Source: an uncultured bacterium (GTDB taxonomy: Bacteria; Krumholzibacteriota; Krumholzibacteriia; Krumholzibacteriales; Krumholzibacteriaceae). Taken from it: a stretch of 64,000 bases of DNA. Made by a program: the position numbers and the translations under genes. The stretch covers positions 96,001 through 160,000 of the forward strand of contig CAWBAN010000004.1 in assembly GCA_963786935.1 (NCBI GenBank), in the 5' to 3' direction. This document shows positions 10,242-18,576 of this stretch, piece after piece; the first letter of the stretch is position 1, and every line of letters starts with the position of its first letter. Below the pieces are notes generated by a model. It did no database searches. It was not told the origin of the DNA and saw nothing but the letters and a program-made list of their open reading frames with translations.

Positions 10242-11434
10242 ATGTACAGACTCGCACTCGTCGGATTCGGGGTCGTGGGGCAGGGGCTCGCGGAGATCCT
10301 TCTGAAGCATAAGGACCGGCTCCGGAAGGATCACGGGTTCGAATTCTCGGTCGTCGCGGTGAGCGACTTCGTGAAGGGCGCCGCGTGCGATCCGAAGGGA
10401 CTCGATCTCGCGAAGCTCCTCGCGCTCGCGAAGGACAACAAGATTTCGGAGTATCCCGGCGCGGCGACCGGCTGGAACGCGCTCGACACGATCGTGAAGT
10501 CGAACGCCGACGTCGTCGTCGAGGCGACGTACACGGACATCAAGACCGCCGAGCCGGCCTATTCGCATTTCAAAGCCGCGCTCGCTTCGGGGAAGCACCT
10601 CGTCACGACGAACAAGGGCCCCACGGCGCTCTTCTTCCGCGAGGTCGCCGCGCTCGCCAAGAGCAAGAAGGTCCAGTTCCGTTACGAGGGCACGGTCATC
10701 AGCGGCACGCCCGCGCTCAATCTCGCCGAGCTCTGCCTCGCCGGGAACGAGATCCGCGAGATCCGCGGCATCGTGAACGGCACGACGAACTTCATCCTCA
10801 CCAACATGGAGAAGGGGAAGTCCTACGCCGAGGCGCTCAAGGAGGCGCAGGATCTCGGGTTCGCCGAGGCGGTTCCCGACGCCGACGTCGAGGGATTCGA
10901 CGCGATGGCGAAGGTCATCATCCTCGCGAAGGCGGTCATGGGCGCCGACATCAAGGTCGCGGACGTCGACCGCACCGGCATCACGAAGATAACGCTGGAT
11001 GACATCAATAACGCGAAGGCCGAGGGCAAGCGCTGGAAGCTCATCGGGCGCGTCGCCCGCGAGGGGGGCGCCGTGCGCGCCTCGGTGCGGCCGGAGAAGC
11101 TCGACATCGCCGACCCGCTCGCCGGCGTCGGCGGCGCGACGAACGCGCTCACCTTCAGCACCGATCTCATCCGGAACGTGACGATCATCGGCCCCGGCGC
11201 GGGCAAGATCGAGACGGGCTATTCGATCCTCGTCGATCTGCTCGCGATTCACCGGACCGCGGCGCAGCCGCCGCGGCGGCCGCGCCGAAGAAGCCGGCTC
11301 CCCGGAAGACCGCGAAGAAGATCGCGAAGAAGGCTCCGAAAAAATCGGCAAGGAAAGCCCCGAAGAAAGCGCCGAAGAAGGCCGCGAAGCGCGCGAAGAA
11401 GGCGACGAAGCGGGCCAAGAAAGCGAGACGGTAA
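10242..11434 (+). CDS. hom: Homoserine dehydrogenase (no ACT domain) with a Lys/Ala-rich tail reached by a -1 frameshift near 11260
   Basis: GFGVVGQG Rossmann motif, VTTNKGP, YEGTV, GIVNGTTNFIL, ADVEGFDAMAK, GPGAG..ETG. The uncorrected ORF ends at 11441 with an Arg-rich tail; the K/A tail frame stops at 11432-11434. Confidence 0.88.
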
Positions 11435-11437
11435 TCT

Positions 11438-12853
11438 ATGAAGATGCTCATCGCCGGCAAATGGGTCGACAAGAAGGAAAAGATCGAGGTCAGGGATCCG
11501 TACGACAACTCGCTCGTCGACACCGTCCCGAGCGGAGACGCGGCGGACATCCGGGCGGCGATCGCCTCGGCGGAAAAGGGATTCCAGATCAACCGGAACC
11601 TCCCCGTGCACGAGCGCATCCGCATACTCAACAAGGCGGCCTCCATCATCGAGTCGAAGCTCGAGAGCTACGCGCGCGTGATCGCCCGCGAGGGATCGAA
11701 GACGATCCGCGAGGCGCGCAAGGAGGCCTCGCGCTGCGTCGACACGATCCGGATCTCGGCCGAGGAAGCGCGCCGCATCCAGGGGGAGACGATCCCCTTC
11801 GATTCGCGCCCCGGCTCGGAGAACCGCGTCGGCTACTACTTCCGCTTCCCCATCGGGATCGTCGCGGCGATAACGCCGTTCAACGATCCGCTGAACCTCG
11901 TGGCGCACAAGGTCGGCCCGGCGATCGCGGCGGGGAACGCCGTCGTCGTGAAGCCGGCGACCGTGACCCCGCTCTCGGCGCTCATGCTGGCGAAGGCGCT
12001 CGTCGAGGCGGGGCTTCCGGCGGGCATCCTCAACGTGGTGACCGGCTACGCGGCGAAGACGGGGGACGCCCTCGTCACCGACCCGCGCGTGCGCATGATC
12101 AGCTTCACCGGCGGGGCCCCCGCGGGCGAGGAGATCGTGAAGAAGGCCGGGCTCAAGAAGGTCGGCATGGAGCTCGGCTCGAACACTCCCGTCATCGTCT
12201 GCGAGGACTGCGACCTCAAGCGCGCCGTCGAGGATTCGGTGTCGGGCGCCTTCTGGGCGGCCGGGCAGAACTGCATCGGCGTGCAGCGAATCTACATCGA
12301 GAAGGGAATCTACAAGCGTTTCGAGACGCTCTTCGTCGCGCGGACGCGCAAGTACAAGGTAGGCCCGAAGCTCGACGAGGACTGCGACATGGGCCCGATG
12401 ATCACCGAGGGAGAGGCGAAGCGCATCGAGGGATGGGTGAAGGAAGCGGTGAAGGCGGGCGCGAAGGTGCTCACCGGCGGCAAGCGCCGCGGGGCGATCT
12501 ACGAGCCGACCGTGCTCGCGAACGTTCCCGCCGGGTGCAAGGTGGACGTCGACGAGGTGTTCGCTCCGACCGTGAACCTCTATCCGGTGAAGAACCTCGA
12601 CGAGGCGATCGCGAAGGCGAACGCGGTGAACTTCGGCCTCCACGCCGGCATCTTCACGAAGGACGTCAACAAGGCGTTCAGGGCGATCAGGGAGCTCGAG
12701 GTCGGCGGCGTCATCGTGAACGACTCGTCCGACTACCGCATCGACATGATGCCGTTCGGCGGCGTGAAGCGGAGCGGCCTCGGCCGCGAGGGGATCAAGT
12801 TCGCCCTCATGGAGATGACCGAGCCGCGCGTCGTGTGCTTCAACCTGTACTGA
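11438..12853 (+). CDS. NAD(P)-dependent aldehyde dehydrogenase family protein
   Basis: ITPFNDP, VKPA, SFTGG, MELGSN, AGQNCIG (catalytic Cys), EVFAP, PFGGVKRSGLGREG. Confidence 0.92.
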   Translation: MKMLIAGKWVDKKEKIEVRDPYDNSLVDTVPSGDAADIRAAIASAEKGFQINRNLPVHERIRILNKAASIIESKLESYARVIAREGSKTIREARKEASRCVDTIRISAEEARRIQGETIPFDSRPGSENRVGYYFRFPIGIVAAITPFNDPLNLVAHKVGPAIAAGNAVVVKPATVTPLSALMLAKALVEAGLPAGILNVVTGYAAKTGDALVTDPRVRMISFTGGAPAGEEIVKKAGLKKVGMELGSNTPVIVCEDCDLKRAVEDSVSGAFWAAGQNCIGVQRIYIEKGIYKRFETLFVARTRKYKVGPKLDEDCDMGPMITEGEAKRIEGWVKEAVKAGAKVLTGGKRRGAIYEPTVLANVPAGCKVDVDEVFAPTVNLYPVKNLDEAIAKANAVNFGLHAGIFTKDVNKAFRAIRELEVGGVIVNDSSDYRIDMMPFGGVKRSGLGREGIKFALMEMTEPRVVCFNLY

Positions 12854-12884
12854 GGCGCCGTCGTCCGCGCGGAGACGCGGGCAG

Positions 12885-13652
12885 CTACGCGAGGCCGAGC
12901 ACGTCGGCCATCGTGTAGAGCCCGGGCTTCTTCCCGTGGATGAAGCGGATCGCCCTGAGCGTTCCGCGCGCCATGGTGCGGCGCGAATGCGCCCGGTGGG
13001 TGATCTCGAAGCGCTCCCCCTCGCCGGCGAAGATCACGGTGTGCTCGCCGACGACGTCCCCGCCGCGGAGCGAGTGCATGCCGATCTCCCCGCTCTTCCG
13101 CGCGCCGACGATCCCCGCGCGCCCGTGCACGACCGCCGCGCCCGGACGCGACTTCGCGACCGCGTCGGCGAGCTTCGCCGCCGTCCCGCTCGGGCTGTCC
13201 TTCTTCTTGTTGTGATGGATCTCGACGATCTCGGCGTCGAAATCGCCGAGCGCGCGCGCGGCCTCTTCGACGATCTTGAACATGAGGTTCACGCCGGCCG
13301 ACATGTTGGGGCTGATGATGAGCGGGATACGCCCGGCGGCCTTCCGCGCGGCCGCGAGCTCGTCGGCGGTGAAGCCGGTCGTGCCGACGATCGCGGCGCG
13401 CCCCGCCGCCGCGCACGCCGCGATATGATCGAGCGCGGCCTTCGGATTGGTGAAATCGACGACGACGTCGCAGGCGCCGAGCGCCTTCGCGAGGTCGTCG
13501 GTCACCGTGACCCCCGCGAGCGAGGTGCCGAGCCCGGGATTCCCCGCGGCCTCGATCGCGCCGGCGAGGGAGAGCTCCCGGTCGGCGGCGATCTCCTCGA
13601 CGGCGGTGCGCCCCATCTTGCCGAGCGCCCCGCATACGACGACTCTGATCAT
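12885..13652 (-). CDS. dapB: 4-hydroxy-tetrahydrodipicolinate reductase
   Basis: GALGKMG, DFT, GTTG, PNMSAGVN, EIHHNKKKDSPSGTA, RGGDVVGEH. Confidence 0.95.
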   Translation of the reverse strand: MIRVVVCGALGKMGRTAVEEIAADRELSLAGAIEAAGNPGLGTSLAGVTVTDDLAKALGACDVVVDFTNPKAALDHIAACAAAGRAAIVGTTGFTADELAAARKAAGRIPLIISPNMSAGVNLMFKIVEEAARALGDFDAEIVEIHHNKKKDSPSGTAAKLADAVAKSRPGAAVVHGRAGIVGARKSGEIGMHSLRGGDVVGEHTVIFAGEGERFEITHRAHSRRTMARGTLRAIRFIHGKKPGLYTMADVLGLA

Positions 13653-13686
13653 AGCGCTCCGATCCGCTCCCCGTCGCGGGGGCGTT

Positions 13687-14574
13687 CTATTTCACGACCT
13701 TGAGCCCGAAGTCGACGAGCGCCGTGCGCAGCTTCTCGCGGTTCTCCGGAAGGAGCCCGACGAGCGGCAGCCGCACGTCGCCCACGTCCATGCCGAGCAT
13801 GTTCATCGCTTCCTTGACGGGGGTCGGGTTCGTCTCGATGAACATCGCCTTGCAGAGCGGGAAGAGCTTGTAGTGGAGCTTCCGCGCCTCGGCGAGGTTC
13901 CCCTTCTCGTAGGCGGCGATCATCGCGAGCATCTCCTTCGGGACGATGTTCCCGACCACGCTCACGATGCCCTTGCCGCCGCACGCGAGGATCGGCAGCG
14001 TGATGCCGTCGTCCCCCGACATGAGAATGATCTTGTCGCCGCAGAGGAGCATGATCTCGCACATCTGCTCGAGGGAGCCGCTCGCCTCCTTGATCGCGGC
14101 GATCCGCTCGTGCGCGGAGAGGCGCTGCACCGTCTTCGGGAGCATGTTGAGCCCGGTGCGCCCCGGCACGTTGTAGAGCATGAGGGGCAGCCCGCCCTCG
14201 TCGGCGATCTTCATGAAGTGGGCGTAGAGCCCCTCCTGCGTCGGCTTGTTGTAGTACGGCGTGACGACCATCGCCGCGTCGGCGCCGAGCTCGCGCGCCT
14301 TCTTGACGTTGTCGATCGATTTCTGCGTCGCGTTCGTCCCGCAGCCGGCGCAGATCTTGATCTTGCCCTTCGCCTCCTCGACCGCGATCTCGATGATCCT
14401 GAAATGCTCCTCCCACGTGTAGGTGGGATTCTCGCTCGTCGTCGCGCACGGCACGAGCCCGTCGGTCCCCGCCTTGATGTGAAACTGCACGAGCTCGCGC
14501 AGCTTCGCCTCGTTGAGCCCCCCGTCTTTCTTGTTGAACGGCGTGACGAGAGCGACGTACAAACCCTTGAACAT
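13687..14574 (-). CDS. dapA: 4-hydroxy-tetrahydrodipicolinate synthase
   Basis: ALVTPF, ATTSE (variant of GTTGE), TPYYNKPTQEG, LYNVPGRTG, IKEASG, SGDD, ETNP.PVK; adjacent to dapB. Confidence 0.93.
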   Translation of the reverse strand: MFKGLYVALVTPFNKKDGGLNEAKLRELVQFHIKAGTDGLVPCATTSENPTYTWEEHFRIIEIAVEEAKGKIKICAGCGTNATQKSIDNVKKARELGADAAMVVTPYYNKPTQEGLYAHFMKIADEGGLPLMLYNVPGRTGLNMLPKTVQRLSAHERIAAIKEASGSLEQMCEIMLLCGDKIILMSGDDGITLPILACGGKGIVSVVGNIVPKEMLAMIAAYEKGNLAEARKLHYKLFPLCKAMFIETNPTPVKEAMNMLGMDVGDVRLPLVGLLPENREKLRTALVDFGLKVVK

Positions 14575-14749
14575 GGTACCCCAGCCTCCTTCTCGCAACC
14601 CTTTCGGAATATTGCGGTTAACGCTTATTCTGAGCGGGCGGCCGGGAGCGCCGCCGCGGAATTGCCTGAAGAGACATTATGCGCCGCGATGCGGGGTGTC
14701 AAGGGGATAAGGGAAACAACGGGTGCGGGGCGCCGCGCCGCCTCCGCTC

Positions 14750-15760
14750 TCACGGGACGAGCTCGCGCCGCCAGGGAAAGAGAGAGAATATGCCGCCGGT
14801 GTGAATGAAGAGAACGTTGTCCGATTTTCTCCAGCGCCCCCTCGCCGCCTCGCCGGCGATGCCGAGCATCGCCTTCCCCGTGTAGGCCGGATCGAGAAAG
14901 AGCCCGAGGCGCCGGGCGAACGTCCGGATGAGCTCGATCCCCGCTTCGGCCGGCACGGCGTAGGCGGGGCCGTCGTAGCCGCCGGCGATCTCGACCTCGG
15001 CCGGAGAAATCGGCTTGAACCACGGCTCGCCGCGGTAGCGCTTTTCGTATTTCGCGACGAAGGATTCCGAGATCCCGGCGATGCGGTCCGCGAAATACCC
15101 CGGCGTGTCGAGAACGTTCACGCCGAGCACGCGAGCCTTGAGCCCGAAGATCCGTTTTCCGTAGATGAGCCCGGCGGTCGTGCCGCCGCTTCCGACGGCC
15201 GTGACGATCGTTTCGAACTCGATGCCGAGCGCGTTCTCGGCCTCCGAGATCTCCTGCGCGGCGCGTATGTAGCCGAAGACTCCCGGCGGATACGACGCGC
15301 CTTCGGGGATCGCGTACGCCGGCTCGCCGGCGGCGCCGAGCCCTGCCGCGATCTCCGCCATCGTCTCGTTCACGCGCGGCCATTCTTCCTGCGATATGAA
15401 CCGGATCTCCGCCCCCGCGAGCCGGTCGAGGAGCACGTTGCCGTCGCTCTCGTCCGGGGCGGCGCCGCGAAGGACGAGCAGCGGTCTCATGCCGACCCGC
15501 GCGGCGGCGACCGCCGTCGCCCTCGCGTGATTCGACTGGATGCCGCCGCACGTGATGACGACGCGCGCGTCCATCGCCGCCGCCTCGGCGAGGGCGAACT
15601 CGAGCTTGCGTACCTTGTTGCCCGAGAGCGCGGCGCCGGTGAGATCGTCGCGTTTGACGTAGACGTTCGGGAGGTCGGGGAACTCGGGCACGGCGCGCAG
15701 GCGCTCGATGGGCGTCGGGAGGTTGGCGAGCTTGAGGGACGGCGGAAAATCGATGCGCAT
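14750..15760 (-). CDS. D-cysteine desulfhydrase / ACC deaminase family PLP enzyme
   Basis: PTPI, KRDDLTG..LSGNKVRKLEF, GGIQSNHAR, IPEGAS, GSGGT, LDPAYTGKA, FIHTGG. Confidence 0.9.
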   Translation of the reverse strand: MRIDFPPSLKLANLPTPIERLRAVPEFPDLPNVYVKRDDLTGAALSGNKVRKLEFALAEAAAMDARVVITCGGIQSNHARATAVAAARVGMRPLLVLRGAAPDESDGNVLLDRLAGAEIRFISQEEWPRVNETMAEIAAGLGAAGEPAYAIPEGASYPPGVFGYIRAAQEISEAENALGIEFETIVTAVGSGGTTAGLIYGKRIFGLKARVLGVNVLDTPGYFADRIAGISESFVAKYEKRYRGEPWFKPISPAEVEIAGGYDGPAYAVPAEAGIELIRTFARRLGLFLDPAYTGKAMLGIAGEAARGRWRKSDNVLFIHTGGIFSLFPWRRELVP

Positions 15761-15878
15761 GGGAGGAGTATTACCGCATCGCCCGCGGATCGTCACGGAA
15801 AAAAGGCCTTCGATCCGCGCCCGGCCCCCGGCGGCGCGGGAGACGGGGGGCGCGACCCGCGGCACGCGACGATCGCGC

Positions 15879-15906
15879 TTGACAAATTCACGTATTACGA
15901 TATATT
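15879..15906 (+). promoter_or_regulatory. Sigma-70-type promoter of the arsR-trxA-selenoprotein operon
   Basis: TTGACA (15879-15884), 16 nt, TATATT, in an AT-rich patch. Confidence 0.6.
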
Positions 15907-15942
15907 AATAAACAAATGAAACGAAAGGGTGTACATACAAAC

Positions 15943-16284
15943 ATGATGGAAACGAGGCAGGAGCCGCTGGAAGTCAACGAGATCGACCGGTTCGCCGACG
16001 TGCTCAAGGCGCTGGCGAGCCCCGCGCGCCTCAGGATCGTCAATATACTGGCGCGCGGCGAGCGGACCGTGACGGAGTTGTGCGAGCGTTCGGGGCTCAA
16101 ACAGTCGCTCGTGTCGCAGCAGCTGAAGATATTGCGTCTCAACAACATCGTCGCGAGCCGGAAGGAGGTGCCGCACACCTACTACAGCTTGAAGGAACGG
16201 AACGTCATCCGCATGCTCAATTGCCTGAGCATGTGTGAAGGGATAGATAGCGCGCACAATCAACGAAAGGCCAAGGAGGCATAA
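15943..16284 (+). CDS. ArsR/SmtB family transcriptional regulator
   Basis: LKALASPARLRIVNIL..GERTVTEL....LKQSLVSQQLKILR wHTH; C-terminal CLSMC. Start could be 15916, 15943 or 15946. Confidence 0.88.
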   Translation: MMETRQEPLEVNEIDRFADVLKALASPARLRIVNILARGERTVTELCERSGLKQSLVSQQLKILRLNNIVASRKEVPHTYYSLKERNVIRMLNCLSMCEGIDSAHNQRKAKEA

Positions 16285-16616
16285 TGGGAGCGAACACGTT
16301 GCAGGCAAGCGAGAAGGATTGGCAGAAAGAGGTCCTCGAATCGCCGATCCCGGTCATCGTCGATTTCTGGGCGCCGTGGTGCGGGCCGTGCAAGTTCCTC
16401 GGGCCCGTGTTCGAGGAGCTCGCCGGCGAGTACGCCGGGAAGGTGAAATTCATGAAGCTCAACACCGACGAGAATCAGGCCGTCGCCATCAAGTACGGGA
16501 TCATGGGGATTCCGACGCTCAAGGTGTTCAAGGGGGGCAAAGAGGTCGACACGATGTCGGGCGCGGCTCCCAAGGACTACCTGAAGGATTTTCTCGATAA
16601 GGCGCTCGCGAAGTAA
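16284..16616 (+). CDS. trxA: Thioredoxin
   Basis: VDFWAPWCGPCK, GIPTL, 110 aa. Confidence 0.96.
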   Translation: MGANTLQASEKDWQKEVLESPIPVIVDFWAPWCGPCKFLGPVFEELAGEYAGKVKFMKLNTDENQAVAIKYGIMGIPTLKVFKGGKEVDTMSGAAPKDYLKDFLDKALAK

Positions 16617-16630
16617 TGGAGGACGGCATC

Positions 16631-16843
16631 GTGAAGAAAATCGCTTTGACGCCCGACATCACCATCGAAGATCTCGTCGAACGGCACCCCGCCGCGATCC
16701 GGTTTCTCATGGAGCGCGGGATCATGTGCATGAGATGAGGAACCCCTGCCTGGGGGTCCCTGGGCGAGCTCCTCAAGCAGTACCGCGTCGATGTGGCGAA
16801 GACGATCGCCGAGCTGCAATCTTATCTGGAAGAGAAGCGGTAA
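16631..16843 (+). CDS. DUF1858-like small redox protein, predicted selenoprotein (CxxU)
   Basis: GGAGGA RBS, GTG start; MKKIALTPDITIEDLVERHPAAIRFLMERGIMCMR-U-GTPAWGSLGELLKQYRVDVAKTIAELQSYLEEKR. In-frame TGA 16736-16738 sits at the second Cys position of a CxxC motif, followed by a SECIS-like hairpin. Confidence 0.82.
16736..16775 (+). promoter_or_regulatory. Bacterial SECIS element candidate
   Basis: Upper stem GCCUGGG/CCUGGGC (16748-16765) with a GGUC loop 16 nt after the UGA; lower stem UGAGGA/UCCUCA. Confidence 0.72.
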
Positions 16844-16972
16844 ATAGCCTACAATGAACGCCGGGCATGCGCCGAGGGCGCGCGCCCGGCGATTTTTTTG
16901 CCCGGCCCGATAGGCGCGGACTCGCGCGCCGGGCCGGGCGAAATCCCGAATGGTCCGTGAAGGAGGCCCGAC

Positions 16973-18574
16973 ATGGCGGAGCTTCCGTTTCTCGCCGGCG
17001 AGGAGGGGAGGGGGCACGTCCTCGCGCTCCTCTTTTTCCTCTCGGTGTTCCTCACCGCGGTATGGGGAAGCTGGCAGGGCTCGCTTCCCGCGTCCGATGA
17101 GGCCGTGCTCGCCCAGATCGCGAACGAAGTCCCCCACATCGGCCGCGCGCTCCCCCTGCGCTTCGACGGCGCGCCGGTTCACGATACGCCCCCCTTCGCC
17201 CCGTGGTTCATGGCGCTCATGTACGGCCGCTTCGGCACGAACAACTTCGCCGCCCGCTTCGCGTTCGTGCTTCTCTCCATCGGCGCGGTCTATATGACGT
17301 TTCTCGCCGGCAGGGCGGCGTCCCGGGATTGGGACGCCGCGGCGGGAGAGAGGTCGCCCGCGGCGACGGACCGGGCGTGCTCGCATTCGCACTGGGGATC
17401 GCTCTCGACGGCCGCCGGCTTCTTCTCGGCCGTCGCGCTCGCCGCGAGCCCCCTGTTCGGCAGATTCATGCCCCACGTGACGCTCGGGCTCCCGTTCGCC
17501 TTCTTCGCCGCGCTCGGGCTCCTCGGGTGGCTCGAGCTTCCGCGCTCCCGCGCGGGGCGCTATCTCTGGGGAACGGCGGTCGTGGGCGGGGTCCTGAGCG
17601 CCGGCGCGGGCGGATTCCTCCTCGTCCCCGCCGCGATCCTCGCGGGGCTGTTTGACCGGGAGCGGCGCTCGCTCTGGCGGACGCCGGGATTCGCGCTCGC
17701 CACGCTCGGCGGCGCGTTGATCGGCGGGATCTGGATCGGCGTCGAGACGTCCCGCGGCGGCCTCGGTTTCTTCGACAACGCGCTGTGGGCGCCGATCGCC
17801 CGCGTCATCCGCCCGCCGGACGGGGCTCCCCGGGCGTTGCTCGTCTCGCTCGCGGGCGTGTGGCTCGGCAATCTCCCGTGGTCCGTTCCCGCCACGATCG
17901 CCTGCGCGAGAATCGCGTTCTTCCGCAATCGCGGCCCGTCCGAGGCGCGCGCGGGCGGGCTCGACGCCGCGCTCCTCGTGTTCGCGGCGGCGCTGTTCGT
18001 TCCCCTCGCGCTCGGCGGCGCGGATACGCCGGGCGTGTTTCTCCCCGTGCTTCCGTTCATCGCCGTGCTCTCCGCGCGGGAAGTCGCGCGGTGGATCGGC
18101 CGCCCGGGGTGCAATCTCGCGGGGCGGCTCTGGGCCCTCAATCACGTCGCGACGGCGATCTACTGTCTCGTCATGCTCCTCGTCGTGGCGACGCCGATCC
18201 GCATCAGGAAAACCGCCGAGGACCCGATCCAGAGCGTTGCGGAGATGGCGGGGCGCATCGTTCCCGCAGGCGAACGCGTCGGCAACTTCGGCCAGCCCTA
18301 TCGCGTGCAATGCGCGCGGATGCTTTTCTACGGCGAGCGCGCGCTCGGGGCGCGGCTCTCGGACGCGGAGGAGGTCGCCGCGGCGCTGCGGGATAATCCG
18401 CGGATGATATTCCTGTCGTCGGCGCGCGATCTCGAAACGCTCCGCTCGTCGTCGGCGTTCCCCCATGGGATACGCGTTCTCTACGGCGCCGGCGATCTCG
18501 TGCTCTTCGGCGCCCGGAACGGCGGAGCGGACACGATTCCCGGTATACGTCACATGGAAACGGAGGCGCGATAA
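16973..18574 (+). CDS. ArnT/PMT-like (GT-C) polytopic membrane glycosyltransferase
   Basis: SDEA after TM1, 'DTPPFAPWFMALMYGRFGTNNFAARF', many TM segments, periplasmic C-terminal domain. Confidence 0.7.
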   Translation: MAELPFLAGEEGRGHVLALLFFLSVFLTAVWGSWQGSLPASDEAVLAQIANEVPHIGRALPLRFDGAPVHDTPPFAPWFMALMYGRFGTNNFAARFAFVLLSIGAVYMTFLAGRAASRDWDAAAGERSPAATDRACSHSHWGSLSTAAGFFSAVALAASPLFGRFMPHVTLGLPFAFFAALGLLGWLELPRSRAGRYLWGTAVVGGVLSAGAGGFLLVPAAILAGLFDRERRSLWRTPGFALATLGGALIGGIWIGVETSRGGLGFFDNALWAPIARVIRPPDGAPRALLVSLAGVWLGNLPWSVPATIACARIAFFRNRGPSEARAGGLDAALLVFAAALFVPLALGGADTPGVFLPVLPFIAVLSAREVARWIGRPGCNLAGRLWALNHVATAIYCLVMLLVVATPIRIRKTAEDPIQSVAEMAGRIVPAGERVGNFGQPYRVQCARMLFYGERALGARLSDAEEVAAALRDNPRMIFLSSARDLETLRSSSAFPHGIRVLYGAGDLVLFGARNGGADTIPGIRHMETEAR

Positions 18575-18576
18575 CG

